Source of the DNA: a virus
Strand: one strand, 5' to 3'
Length of the DNA: 64,000 nucleotides
IMG/VR virus record: IMGVR_UViG_3300032313_001281
Span: 1 to 64,000 of that record
Part shown: positions 1 through 10,260 of the stretch, piece after piece
Position numbering within the stretch: the first letter of the stretch is position 1
Layout: each line of letters begins with the position of its first letter
Position numbers and translations under genes: made by a program
The notes under the pieces: model-generated
Seen by the model: the letters and a program-made list of their open reading frames with translations, nothing else
Told to the model about the DNA's origin: nothing
The model's database searches: none

Positions 1-1
1 A

Positions 2-166
2 GAAATATTAGGCATGCCTGAATTTTACAAACCTACAATAAGCCACATTGTTGACCTTGAACAGAAACAACAATGGATCTCCAAAGACGATCATCATCCC
101 AATCAAGTCAGTCATGATGAATGGGCCAGCGAGTTGCTTAAATTTTACAATACCTTGTACAAATGA
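2..166 (+). CDS. 3' end of an SGNH-hydrolase-like protein (partial, runs off the window start)
   Basis: Open frame EILGMPEF...SKDDHHPNQVSHDEWASELL...YK*. The DxHP-like motif is typical of SGNH block V. Its TGA overlaps the next ATG (ATGA). Confidence 0.55.
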   Translation, partial: EILGMPEFYKPTISHIVDLEQKQQWISKDDHHPNQVSHDEWASELLKFYNTLYK

Positions 167-1629
167 AGCATCAGTATACCCTGGGACTCAGTGCTGGATT
201 TCATGACGCGGCTGCCACGCTCATACGCAACGACGGTGAAATTGTATTTGCCGGTCACAGCGAACGATATTCAAAAAAGAAGAACGACGCTAATCTTTGT
301 CCAGAACTCATGACAGAATTCTGTGAATACGACATAGATACCATTGCTTACTATGAACGTCCTTGGTTGAAACAAGCCCGCAATTTGGTGTCAGGGCAAG
401 GCATAGACTGGAACAATGTTACTGTCCGACAAGTGTTACGAAATCAATTGGGTTCCTGGTTACAACAGCCGCCCAGACACATCAACACTTACAGTCATCA
501 CCTGTGCCACGCAGCCGCAGGATTTCAAACCAGTTCCTATGAGCGTGCCACTTGTGTGGTCGTAGATGCCATTGGCGAGTTTGACACTGTCTCAATATGG
601 GGAGCAAAATATGATGGATCAGGTTGTGCAACATATAAGAAGCTTTGGAGCCAAACTTATCCCAGAAGCATTGGGCTCTTTTATAGTGCAATTACTCAGC
701 GCATTGGCCTACACCCGTTAGACGAAGAATACATTACCATGGGCATGGCCGCTTGGGGTGAACCTCGGTATGTGGAAGAACTACGTCCCCTGCTCAGTGA
801 AAATCTACACATAGGTATAGATCCAGAATTCCTGTCAGGAGCAAGCAATGAAGATATTGCTGCTAGTGCGCAGATTTTAACAGAACAACTGATATATAAC
901 ATAATACGTTACGCCCGAGAGTTCGGATGGAGTTCTAATCTAGTCTACCAGGGCGGCGTGGCTTTGAACTGTCTTGCTAATAGAAAACTTGGTGAATTTT
1001 TTGAAAACATTTGGATCATGCCTTGCCCTGGCGATGCTGGCAATAGCCTTGGTGCTGCCGCATTGGCCCATGGAAGACGTCTACGCTGGACAGATGCGTA
1101 CCTTGGCCACGAAATCTCAGGAAAATATCCTGTTGATGCCCTCGTTGATAGTTTACTCCGTGATAGAATCTGCGGTGTCGCTAGTGGTCGAGCCGAGTTT
1201 GGACCCAGGGCCCTGGGAAACAGAAGTTTGCTCGCAGACCCAAGAGGACCAGATATAAAGGATCGTGTGAATGAAATCAAACGTCGTCAAAAGTTTAGAC
1301 CGTTTGCGCCGGTTGTTCTAGCAGAGCATGTGGCGGAATTTTTTGATATGCCCAGCGGTTTCGGTAGTAGTCCTTATATGCAGGCAGTTGCACATTGCCG
1401 CAGTCCTGACCTATACCCTGCTATCTGTCATGTGGATGGTACTAGTCGAGTACAGACTGTGGCACGCGACGGCTCGGGCATTAGGCGGCTCTTAGAGGCC
1501 TGGTATGCTCGCACTGGATGTCCTTTACTACTCAACACTAGTCTCAACATTAGGGGCGAGCCTATGGTCAACGATCGTGCCGACGCCGATCGTTTTGAGC
1601 AACTATACCGTGTTAAAGTTTGTTCTTGA
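163..1629 (+). CDS. Carbamoyltransferase, NodU/CmcH family
   Basis: GxSxxxHDAAA, ERYSKKK, HHLCHA, GGVALNC, GDAG, EFGPRALGNRS, KRRQKFRPFAP, HVDGTSRVQTV and LLNTSLN motifs. Confidence 0.93.
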   Translation: MKHQYTLGLSAGFHDAAATLIRNDGEIVFAGHSERYSKKKNDANLCPELMTEFCEYDIDTIAYYERPWLKQARNLVSGQGIDWNNVTVRQVLRNQLGSWLQQPPRHINTYSHHLCHAAAGFQTSSYERATCVVVDAIGEFDTVSIWGAKYDGSGCATYKKLWSQTYPRSIGLFYSAITQRIGLHPLDEEYITMGMAAWGEPRYVEELRPLLSENLHIGIDPEFLSGASNEDIAASAQILTEQLIYNIIRYAREFGWSSNLVYQGGVALNCLANRKLGEFFENIWIMPCPGDAGNSLGAAALAHGRRLRWTDAYLGHEISGKYPVDALVDSLLRDRICGVASGRAEFGPRALGNRSLLADPRGPDIKDRVNEIKRRQKFRPFAPVVLAEHVAEFFDMPSGFGSSPYMQAVAHCRSPDLYPAICHVDGTSRVQTVARDGSGIRRLLEAWYARTGCPLLLNTSLNIRGEPMVNDRADADRFEQLYRVKVCS

Positions 1630-2311
1630 TATTGGTCACAACTAATTCGGCAAATCTTTGGTGAGTATCTAGGAAGTAATGCCCCCATTCGGTTTTCTTG
1701 CACTGGTTACGATTAGCCCAGTCATAGAACGGTTGGTCTACGGCCCAGGTTACATAATCAGGACATTCAATAGGATAAAAACTGTCAATGTTAATTACTG
1801 GAATTGAGCGATGTTGAGCCAGGCTGTTTAATCCCAATATGTTTTTTAATTTGTTTAATTTGCTGGTAACCGGATTAATTTGATAACGAACCCACTGCTC
1901 ACGATAGGCCTGATAGTCCGAATTCATTGAAATTTGTCCGCCTGAGTTTTGCCCAGACAGTGCATACTTACTGTCAACAAGAGGATAAAAAGTATGATGC
2001 CCCTGAGATAGTGGTAACCATTGATGATCAAGATCGTGCCATATTTCCGTACGATCAATACCTGTCCAACAAGCAATTACAATATCGTCTTGGGTCAATT
2101 GATCCAACTGTTCGTTGAAGATTCTAAACATTGCATCATTACTACCACCGGGTATGGCATAATTCAGTGGCCGGTAACCCAACTGTTGAGCTATCAATAC
2201 TGGATAACTATTTTGCCAACCAAAGTTTATTGGATCATCAATGGCAAAAGACGGATCCTTATACATTTCGTCACCGGCGGCATGACTACATCCAAGTATT
2301 AATGCCTTCAT
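1613..2311 (-). CDS. SGNH/GDSL-hydrolase-like protein
   Basis: N-terminal GCSHAAG, NYAIPGGSN and a C-terminal His (GH...HQRFA). Confidence 0.65.
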   Translation of the reverse strand: MKALILGCSHAAGDEMYKDPSFAIDDPINFGWQNSYPVLIAQQLGYRPLNYAIPGGSNDAMFRIFNEQLDQLTQDDIVIACWTGIDRTEIWHDLDHQWLPLSQGHHTFYPLVDSKYALSGQNSGGQISMNSDYQAYREQWVRYQINPVTSKLNKLKNILGLNSLAQHRSIPVINIDSFYPIECPDYVTWAVDQPFYDWANRNQCKKTEWGHYFLDTHQRFAELVVTNIKNKL

Positions 2312-3327
2312 AGGTAGCTTTCCAACCCGCCTCTACGTCTGAGATCCTGTGTGCAACAACTTATACCACCGTCCCAGAAATAGCTGTGCCGTAGTTCGCT
2401 GATAATGGGATTAATTTTGTGGCGGTTGCAAAAATCAAAAACGTCTCGATTGTAGGCGCTGAATATAACATTTTCTTCATCTAAAACTAAACAGTTGACA
2501 TCAAACACAGTTTCGGCTACAAAGCCTGTCCATTTGTTTAGATAGGTGTTTACAAATTGAGTGAACTCTGGAGTAGGCGTCTGTCCCTGCACATACCAGG
2601 CACCTGGATTTGATTCGTATTTAAATTTGCCCACTTCCATGGCGGCCCAGATCGAACTATCCCAAATCTTTAATACTTCCCAACCCGGAAAGTCTCGGGC
2701 TAAATCAAGGTGCATGTCGTGTTTGCTGGAAAGAATTACCCCGGGTTTGAGAATAGCAAAAACAGCATCACCGTGCCCATCTGTGACAGCTTCGTGAATT
2801 CTATATTCGGGCCCTAAACAATTTTCCACTATCCATGCTGTTTGATCTGGACGTAGGAAATCACTATTGTCAAAGAACACATCACGACCCACGCGAACGA
2901 TACAACTGGCTGATGCACCATTCAGTATACAGTCTGGATCCCAGCGACTTGTGTGAGGGTTTACAACTTGACTTTGATAATCATTGCAAATCTCATCCAG
3001 TTCAGACATGTTCAATACTCTTAACAGTTTTTGACCCAGACTGATCTGCCAATCTCTTGGAGTCAATGGAGGCAGTGGTGCACCACCACCTTCAGTTTGG
3101 AACCACACAAATTGATCCTTGTTGGGCAAATTGGGTCTGCGTACTCGGGCACCATACTGTTCTATGGTGCGTTGAAGATTGTCTAAATCTTCTTCAGTTT
3201 CGGCCAGGATCTGTTGCAATTGATTGCGTACTTGGGCATCGTCTATAAAATCAAAGTAGTCGGGACTGTAGGCACGACCCACTATGACTTCTTCAAGTGG
3301 TTGCCAGCTGGTGTAGGAGTTTATCAT
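2308..3327 (-). CDS. Amidinotransferase (glycine/inosamine-phosphate amidinotransferase family)
   Basis: NSYTSWQPLEEVIVG, PRD, GHGD, FDVNCLVLD and C-terminal GGISCCTQDLRR with the catalytic Cys. Confidence 0.85.
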   Translation of the reverse strand: MINSYTSWQPLEEVIVGRAYSPDYFDFIDDAQVRNQLQQILAETEEDLDNLQRTIEQYGARVRRPNLPNKDQFVWFQTEGGGAPLPPLTPRDWQISLGQKLLRVLNMSELDEICNDYQSQVVNPHTSRWDPDCILNGASASCIVRVGRDVFFDNSDFLRPDQTAWIVENCLGPEYRIHEAVTDGHGDAVFAILKPGVILSSKHDMHLDLARDFPGWEVLKIWDSSIWAAMEVGKFKYESNPGAWYVQGQTPTPEFTQFVNTYLNKWTGFVAETVFDVNCLVLDEENVIFSAYNRDVFDFCNRHKINPIISELRHSYFWDGGISCCTQDLRRRGGLESYL

Positions 3328-4483
3328 ATAAGGTATTTAATCTAGACCTTTTTGAGGATAGAAAATGTTGTTGGTTGTACAGCACATCGTCGAGGCATGA
3401 TTTGAACCAAGAATCTGGATCCTGGGCACAAATCTGTTGCATGGAATTCAATATCTTTTGCCAACGGCGGGTGTTGTCAGTTTCAAGATCGTAACTGTTG
3501 TCAATCGCATGATCAAATGTGCGATATCCCAGATCTCTCAGGGCCTGTAAACTTCCAGGAGCACCAACAATCACAAAAGGTTGTCCGTGCTTGATGGGTT
3601 TGAATGTTTTTTCAGTTAGAAAAGCCCCGCCAGATTGGTCGGGATCAAAGTGTGTTTCAATCACAATGTGGCAATAACTCTGTGTGTAATGAGTCGGCAC
3701 ATGCAGGTGATGATCGTTGTGCTGATCTGCTGTGAGTGTGTCGCAGGTATACGGACCTTGATTTACAAATTCTTCTACAGTATTGCGCAGTTCTAAAACG
3801 TCAATTTCTATGGGATTGTCTGCGGGATCGTTGCCCGCAGTGACGTTGGTGTTGTAGCTCCACTGACTAAGTTCCAAGATGCCGGCACGCTGTAAGTCAG
3901 CCATGACTGTGGCACGCCACCATTTGTGTGTGCGATTCAGTATGGTAAATCGCCAGGGCCTGGGATCAACATGAGTGTCACATGCAGGAATATTTTGATT
4001 GCGGTGCCAATACAGCAATTCATGATCGGGAAACCAGGCAAAGTTTTGTATGTGATCAGCACTAGTATTTCCACTGACAAATTGATAACAATTGGTATCT
4101 CGTCCGTGGTCTTGGCACAACTGATCCAGTCGTTGTTTTATACGCAAGGGATTGTCACCTTCATGATAGTAGAACAACACACGGAGCCCACGCTCAAATA
4201 CCTCAGCTGGTATCAGAGCAATGTAGTCAATGTCAAAATCAAAGAATCCCAGGCCAATGGTATAGAAATTTTCAGATCCGGTGCAATTTTTTACTGTGTG
4301 TATGTGGTGCGGAAAGCTGTGTGTGGCACAGTGTTCATGCAGTTCGCAGGGCACAGTGTAAGGCCAATGATAACAAAACTGCCGCCACTCAGTGGTATAA
4401 GGTTGTGCGGGCCACTCAGCCAAGGCCGGATAGGCCTTGCTTCTCAACACAGCATCAGCGGCAAAATTAAACTCGTAGGCCAT
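3293..4483 (-). CDS. Glycosyltransferase-like phage protein ('TEKT' family)
   Basis: IVIETH...FLTEKTFKPIKHGQPFVIVG...LRDLGYRTF...SYD. Resembles the C-terminal domain of GT-B/GT10-like enzymes. Confidence 0.55.
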   Translation of the reverse strand: MAYEFNFAADAVLRSKAYPALAEWPAQPYTTEWRQFCYHWPYTVPCELHEHCATHSFPHHIHTVKNCTGSENFYTIGLGFFDFDIDYIALIPAEVFERGLRVLFYYHEGDNPLRIKQRLDQLCQDHGRDTNCYQFVSGNTSADHIQNFAWFPDHELLYWHRNQNIPACDTHVDPRPWRFTILNRTHKWWRATVMADLQRAGILELSQWSYNTNVTAGNDPADNPIEIDVLELRNTVEEFVNQGPYTCDTLTADQHNDHHLHVPTHYTQSYCHIVIETHFDPDQSGGAFLTEKTFKPIKHGQPFVIVGAPGSLQALRDLGYRTFDHAIDNSYDLETDNTRRWQKILNSMQQICAQDPDSWFKSCLDDVLYNQQHFLSSKRSRLNTLYDKLLHQLATT

Positions 4484-5558
4484 TTAACATGTTGGTCAAT
4501 TCACGCCAAAGCACCTCAGCAAATCCACCACGATAGAAATGATTGTAGTTGTGTTCAACTCGAGGCAAGCAGGCCCGATGTATCTGTTGTCGCTCGCGTA
4601 CCGAAAGATTATTAAGGTCTTTTAATAACTGTACCACACGCTCTACACGACGTATGTCATCAGTTTCTTCATCATAGCTTTCGTCCAAGATACCAGCAAA
4701 GGTTTGGAATCCATATTCACGCATGTAGGCCAAACTACCAGCAGGCGCCACCAACACAAACGGCATTTCAAGAGCAATGGCCTTGAATGTTTTTTCTGTG
4801 ATGTGTGTTCTGCGACCAAAATACACTGTTTCGGTGGACACATACACCAGGCTGTCCTGGGCTTCGGCAAAGTTCCCCAACCAGCAACTGGTCATTTGTT
4901 GTGTTTCTTCGCCGGCAAATAATCTGGGCAACTGGGCCTGATCAAATACCTGGGTAATGTCCTGGTATACATTGTTGTACTTTTGTGCTATACTAGTAAT
5001 ATCTATGTTTTCAACTGGACATATTCTAGGTGCGGTGATATGGTTATTTTGCAAGCCATGTTTGAACACATGGTAAAGAAACAATACACGATGATCTCTT
5101 TTACCGGCCACAATACGATTTGGGCTTACAAATGTTCTTGTAGGTGTTCTATCTTGAGCACGAGGAATTAAAAATGTCTTATCATATCCACGGAACCAAT
5201 CCAGGCAGGCCCAGCCATGGTAAAAATAATAATGGCTGGCCCAGTTATAGCGGTCGCATAGTTGTTGAACCATTTCTCCACGTTCACTTACTACAACATG
5301 TCCTGTAGGATTATCTGAAATATCAAGATTCCTTCTTACTACATCACGGAACAACGGATCATATAAGTCGGCATCTACCGGTTCTTGATCGTGAAAAAAC
5401 ACATAACTGGTTTCTATGACATTGTCGCGGCCTAGATTAAATAAATGCTCTGGACCAGTGTGCCCGGGTGGATCACAAAAAAACATTCTAGTTCCAGGAC
5501 AATGTCGTCCCAACCAAGGCCAAAATGTATGGTTGTAAATCTCGTCTATTCTAATCAT
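4467..5558 (-). CDS. Glycosyltransferase-like phage protein ('TEKT' family)
   Basis: VSTETV...HITEKTFKAIALEMPFVLV...MREYGFQTF..ILDESYD. Paralogue of 3293-4483. Confidence 0.55.
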   Translation of the reverse strand: MIRIDEIYNHTFWPWLGRHCPGTRMFFCDPPGHTGPEHLFNLGRDNVIETSYVFFHDQEPVDADLYDPLFRDVVRRNLDISDNPTGHVVVSERGEMVQQLCDRYNWASHYYFYHGWACLDWFRGYDKTFLIPRAQDRTPTRTFVSPNRIVAGKRDHRVLFLYHVFKHGLQNNHITAPRICPVENIDITSIAQKYNNVYQDITQVFDQAQLPRLFAGEETQQMTSCWLGNFAEAQDSLVYVSTETVYFGRRTHITEKTFKAIALEMPFVLVAPAGSLAYMREYGFQTFAGILDESYDEETDDIRRVERVVQLLKDLNNLSVRERQQIHRACLPRVEHNYNHFYRGGFAEVLWRELTNMLNGLRV

Positions 5559-7545
5559 GTTTGATATATTTTATTCCGGTACTAAACCTAATTTATTTGC
5601 TCACGAGCGTGAAGCTCGCGATATTGAACATGCACGAGAATTAAGCGGTACTAGATACTTCTGGTGGGTAAACTATTTAACTGACTACACGGGGTTTGAT
5701 TTTTTATGGGAACCAGTGCCTTGGCAAGCCAATCAGCGCCATGCATGGCCCAGCCAATGGCAAAAAGACGCTGGGACATATTTGGTTCCTAAGCAAGGCT
5801 ATATAGAAACTAATTATAGATTAGGTACAGAATTACAACGATTACCCCAGGAAACTAACTGGCAAGGAATAGGACTAATAGATATTAGTTGGCACCCAGA
5901 TCCGGCAGAGCCACCAATGGTATATCAATTTGGAACACAATGGCAAAAAACCGGAGGTCCGACGTATGTTGTTCCTGGAGGAGTTGATATAAAGTATGTT
6001 GATTGTCCTAGGGTATATAAAACCACTATAGATAATAATTGGGTAACTCCAGATTCGGTAGATACAACAACATTTGACTTTACTTGGCACCCCGACGATA
6101 CTGACCCGCCTTATATCTATCAATTTGGCACACAACATCAGCGCACCGGCGGCCCACAATACATTGTTCCAGGTGCAACAGATTTAAAGTATATTGATCA
6201 AATAAAAATTTCTACACGTCAAGTAGCTACAGCTATCTATGAAATTGATCACATGGACGGCAACGCTGGAAAAATACCTAACACTACAAAAACAGTTAGA
6301 TATTTTGACAATTACTTAGATACTCTGAAACGAATAGCAAAAAATTGCAACGAAGAGTTTATATGGATTTGCAGCAGTATCTGTGATTATAGTAATTTTG
6401 ATTTTACTTGGCATCCGGAACAATGGCAAGCAACGATGTTACATGCATTTGCCAGTTCCGGCGAAAAGTTTGGAGATACATTCTTTATGCATGTGCCTAC
6501 ATTTAAGTACCGTGCAGACCGTTGCCAATTACTTGATTGGTACGATATAAACTTTATAGGCCCGGGCGTACCACGCAGACCGTTGCCCGTTGTGCAACAC
6601 AATCATGATACACACGTAGAAGCAATAAAGACTATTGAGTGGTCCGGACCACTAGCAGTATTCAGCATGGACAGTCGGCTTGGCGAAATCCCAACAGTTC
6701 CGTTATGGCGCGAAAAGACCAAGACCATTGTGCCACTAAGTGCTGGCGCCAGTCAAGTCATTGTTCCCAAGTCAGCCGTGCCGTACATCAAGACACAAGC
6801 ATACGACTATCCTTATATAGATCGTACACAACGTCACTTACACAACGAGCAATTTCTGGACATTGTGTTTATTGACAATGGTGAACCCAACGCTGACAAT
6901 AACTGGAATACATTATTACAAGTCGCGGCACAAGGTAAGAATATGATCCATCGTAGTAGTGGAATCAACGGACGTGTGGCTGCTTATCAAGCAGCCGCAG
7001 AGTCAAGCACAACTCCGTGGTTCTTTGCGGTGTTTGCCAAGCTAAGAGTCAACAAAGATTTTAACTGGTCTTGGCAACCGGATAGACTACAAGAGCCTAA
7101 GCATTACATCTTTCATGCTTATAATCCTATTAACGGATTGGAATACGGACATCAGGCAATGATTGCTTATAATAAGAAGTTGGTGTTGGACAACCCAGGA
7201 ATAGGGTTGGACTTTACCTTGGATTCGGCTCATGAAGTAGTGCCTATATTAAGTGGCACAGCCGATTATGCTTGTACTCCCTGGATGGCCTGGCGCACGG
7301 CCTTCCGTGAATGTGTCAAACTGCGTGGGCAGACCGACGTGGAAAGTCAATATAGATTACGCAAGTGGCTTGAAATAATTCCTTTGGCCACACCCAATGC
7401 AGAATGGAGCCGCTGGGGTGCCGAAGATGCTGTGGAATACTATGAAAGTGTAGCCGGTAATTCGACAGAACTACGCAAGAGCTACGATTGGAGTTGGTTG
7501 GCTAGTTATGCACTGTTGAGACGCAATCTAATACCTGATCAATAA
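5557..7545 (+). CDS. Repeat-containing protein with a C-terminal GT-A-like glycosyltransferase domain
   Basis: Repeated FDFxWHP units. C-terminal DIVFIDNGEPNA...GINGRVAAYQAAA...AWRTAFRECVKL. Confidence 0.55.
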   Translation: MFDIFYSGTKPNLFAHEREARDIEHARELSGTRYFWWVNYLTDYTGFDFLWEPVPWQANQRHAWPSQWQKDAGTYLVPKQGYIETNYRLGTELQRLPQETNWQGIGLIDISWHPDPAEPPMVYQFGTQWQKTGGPTYVVPGGVDIKYVDCPRVYKTTIDNNWVTPDSVDTTTFDFTWHPDDTDPPYIYQFGTQHQRTGGPQYIVPGATDLKYIDQIKISTRQVATAIYEIDHMDGNAGKIPNTTKTVRYFDNYLDTLKRIAKNCNEEFIWICSSICDYSNFDFTWHPEQWQATMLHAFASSGEKFGDTFFMHVPTFKYRADRCQLLDWYDINFIGPGVPRRPLPVVQHNHDTHVEAIKTIEWSGPLAVFSMDSRLGEIPTVPLWREKTKTIVPLSAGASQVIVPKSAVPYIKTQAYDYPYIDRTQRHLHNEQFLDIVFIDNGEPNADNNWNTLLQVAAQGKNMIHRSSGINGRVAAYQAAAESSTTPWFFAVFAKLRVNKDFNWSWQPDRLQEPKHYIFHAYNPINGLEYGHQAMIAYNKKLVLDNPGIGLDFTLDSAHEVVPILSGTADYACTPWMAWRTAFRECVKLRGQTDVESQYRLRKWLEIIPLATPNAEWSRWGAEDAVEYYESVAGNSTELRKSYDWSWLASYALLRRNLIPDQ

Positions 7546-8596
7546 TGTATTCAACTTCTAAATCAGTCAGTTCAGGATACAAGGGCAAGGTCAAGACTCT
7601 ACGTGCCATGGCCGATGCCGCACTCAGTACGTCGGGTCCTGGCAAATGCTGATAAGCTGGTAGCTCGTGCAAGGGTTCTTGGTAGTGTATCCGAGTCTCT
7701 ATGCCGTGCAGGGCCAGATTACGTTGCAGGATATCACGATTACTAACTTCAATCACAAACTTATGATAGGCATGATGTTGATGATTGCTTTCGTCAATAA
7801 AACTTCTTGCACCGGTGCCCTTGAGACGTTGCATCCAATAGGCACTGATCTTGGCTCTACGAGCCTGCCAGGCATCAATGTGACCTGCCTTGACCAACAT
7901 CTGTGCGCAATCAACCTCACTCATTCGGCTGTTTGATCCGGTGTCCATGTGTGTGGGTTTGCCGTTGTTGCGAGAACTACGGGCATATTCTAACAGGTTA
8001 ACATCATCGGTGACTATGGCACCACCGTTGCCGTAGTTGTTCAAATTCTTCATGGGATCAAAACTTATGGCCGCTGAATTGGCCACACGTCTACAGCCAT
8101 AGCTCAACCAGTGCTGGGCCGCATCTTCAATGATTACAGAGGCATTGTTGTTGAGCCACTCATGCTTGTTGAGTGCATGGCCATATAGGCCCACTGCTAC
8201 CATGGCCTGCACACTCATGTTACGATCTATCTTGCGCAGATCTAGTATACCATAGTAGTCGGTATCTACTATGACCACGTCCCAACCCACACGCATGAAA
8301 GCATTGATGGTAGCCGGATAAGTCATGGCCGGAACCAAGACTCGGGGAGGGCTGGGCCAAAACTTTTGGCTGGCATAGTATTCGGCGATGATTTCCAAAG
8401 CATGTGTGCCTGAATGGCAAGTGGCTGCATACTTGACACCGTTTTTCCGGGCCAACCAGCTTTCAAACTCAGCAGTATAGTTGCCGTCCATGAGTTGTCC
8501 TGACCGTAGAACTACATCGGTCACATCTAGGATTTCTGTGCGTAAGTTGTTATACTGTTTTTTGAGACCAGTAAACGGAATCGTTAAGCCATTCAT
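7502..8596 (-). CDS. DegT/DnrJ/EryC1/StrS PLP-dependent sugar aminotransferase
   Basis: SGTHAL, IIEDAAQ, SFDPMKNL (PLP Lys), GNGGAI, NSRMSE, HYQEPLH, LTLPLYP. Confidence 0.93.
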   Translation of the reverse strand: MNGLTIPFTGLKKQYNNLRTEILDVTDVVLRSGQLMDGNYTAEFESWLARKNGVKYAATCHSGTHALEIIAEYYASQKFWPSPPRVLVPAMTYPATINAFMRVGWDVVIVDTDYYGILDLRKIDRNMSVQAMVAVGLYGHALNKHEWLNNNASVIIEDAAQHWLSYGCRRVANSAAISFDPMKNLNNYGNGGAIVTDDVNLLEYARSSRNNGKPTHMDTGSNSRMSEVDCAQMLVKAGHIDAWQARRAKISAYWMQRLKGTGARSFIDESNHQHHAYHKFVIEVSNRDILQRNLALHGIETRIHYQEPLHELPAYQHLPGPDVLSAASAMARRVLTLPLYPELTDLEVEYIIDQVLDCVSTVHN

Positions 8597-9530
8597 AGTA
8601 GAGACTGAATCCTTGTTCTATGTTCATGCTGGGAGTATACCCAAAGTCTTTCTGGGCTGCTGAGATATTTAACTGACCTCGGCTAGGGAAAGCCGCATCT
8701 GGATCCAGGATCCGTATGGTGCCACGTTGTGCTAGATTTATTGCTGTCTGTGCGGCTTCCAACAAGGTCCTGCTACGGCCACGAGTGATATTGTAGGTTT
8801 TATTTTCAGCGTTGGGACTCTGTGCGGCGGCCACAATACCATCGGCAGTATCACCCACATAGGTAAAATCTAGTAGTTCATCGGCACCACGCACCTGTAT
8901 TTCTTGACCGCGCATGGCTCTAATTAAGAACTTGCTGATCACACGATCCTCCACATCCAAGGGTCCATATACCGCACTGGGCCGCACAATGGTGTGTGGC
9001 ATGCCGGCACGCACAGTGTAGTCTCGCACCAACCATTCACCGGCCAACTTCATGATGCCATACTGACCCAAGGGTCGGCATTCGTGTGATTCATCTATGC
9101 CGTCCTGCCCGGAGTCCTTGAAGTCACCGTAGATCATGCTGCTGCTGGCATACACAAATCTGCTCACTGAGTTGGCCACTGCGGCCTCTAGCAGATTCAG
9201 CAAGCCTTCGCTCATGACACGGCTGCCGGCTGGTGCGTTGGCATTGACCACCTTTTGTCGGGGAAAACTGGCCAGGTGTATGATGCAATCGGGCCGATGA
9301 TGTTGCACCAGCCAATCTATGCCCGTACGATCTGACATGTCTACACCGTAAATTCGATCTGTGCGGATCTTTTTACGGCGTTCTGAAACTAGATACTGTA
9401 TTTCTTCTGGAGCAACTATGCCATAAGTGCTCTGTGTATCGGTGATGACCACATCATGTCCTTGCGCTTCCAAACGCAACACCACATTGTGTCCGATAAA
9501 TCCCAGCCCGCCTGTGATTAAAAATTTCAT
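8550..9530 (-). CDS. NAD-dependent sugar epimerase/dehydratase
   Basis: TGGLGFIG, HLAS, ASSSMIYG, YGIMK, RPSAVYGP, DFTYVGD. Confidence 0.92.
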   Translation of the reverse strand: MKFLITGGLGFIGHNVVLRLEAQGHDVVITDTQSTYGIVAPEEIQYLVSERRKKIRTDRIYGVDMSDRTGIDWLVQHHRPDCIIHLASFPRQKVVNANAPAGSRVMSEGLLNLLEAAVANSVSRFVYASSSMIYGDFKDSGQDGIDESHECRPLGQYGIMKLAGEWLVRDYTVRAGMPHTIVRPSAVYGPLDVEDRVISKFLIRAMRGQEIQVRGADELLDFTYVGDTADGIVAAAQSPNAENKTYNITRGRSRTLLEAAQTAINLAQRGTIRILDPDAAFPSRGQLNISAAQKDFGYTPSMNIEQGFSLYYEWLNDSVYWSQKTV

Positions 9531-9766
9531 TTACCCCACCTTAACAAATACTCTGTTGCCAATTGATCTTCTACTTCTCCGTAGACAATAACTCGATGCC
9601 CCCAATTTTGATCATCGGGTTGTACAATGTACCGTGGGTCGGAACAATGTTCCATGACCCACTGCCCCTGTTCTGTTTGTTGCCACTCATACAATGGTTG
9701 TGCGGCATACAGTTCAGGATCCTCTACATCGCCCATACCAAACGAGTGGAAGTTGATTCGTTGCAC
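9527..9766 (-). CDS. Small hypothetical protein, F/Y-x-L-R-W family
   Basis: Overlaps or abuts neighbours. C-terminal ATEYLLRWG. Confidence 0.7.
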   Translation of the reverse strand: MQRINFHSFGMGDVEDPELYAAQPLYEWQQTEQGQWVMEHCSDPRYIVQPDDQNWGHRVIVYGEVEDQLATEYLLRWGK

Positions 9767-10243
9767 TTATTTTGTTTTGAGTAGTTTAACTGTTTCAGCT
9801 TCTACTACACGCTGGCGTAGTCCAGAACTACTAAAACTATGATCACGAGCATTGAAAATAGGTTGAATGCCACGTATCATTCCTTCGTTCTTGCCTGTGT
9901 ATGCTTTGTCTTGATATTCAACTCCAAGCACACGCACATCCAACGGAAGTATCAACAGCAAGTCTACTAGGTCTTGCTCTGTTTGGTAAACCACTACTTC
10001 ATCAACATAACGACAGGCGGCCAATTGTATTTGACGTTCCACAATACTTTGTACAGGTTTGTTTTTGGTGTCTGGTCGATCAATTGTGGGATCTGTTTGC
10101 AAACCGCAAATCAAATAATCACAGTGATTCCGGGCTTCGGCCAACATGGCAATGTGACCAGCATGCAACATGTCAAAGGTACTGAATGTAATGCCAATCT
10201 TCTTGCCGTCTTCTTTGAGTTTACGAATATGATTGAATATCAT
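9767..10243 (-). CDS. Cytidylyltransferase (TagD/glycerol-3-phosphate cytidylyltransferase-like)
   Basis: FDMLHAGH (HxGH), GLQTD, RYVDEV, RDHSFSSS. Confidence 0.88.
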   Translation of the reverse strand: MIFNHIRKLKEDGKKIGITFSTFDMLHAGHIAMLAEARNHCDYLICGLQTDPTIDRPDTKNKPVQSIVERQIQLAACRYVDEVVVYQTEQDLVDLLLILPLDVRVLGVEYQDKAYTGKNEGMIRGIQPIFNARDHSFSSSGLRQRVVEAETVKLLKTK

Positions 10244-10260
10244 ACCTTATTATAGCAGAT

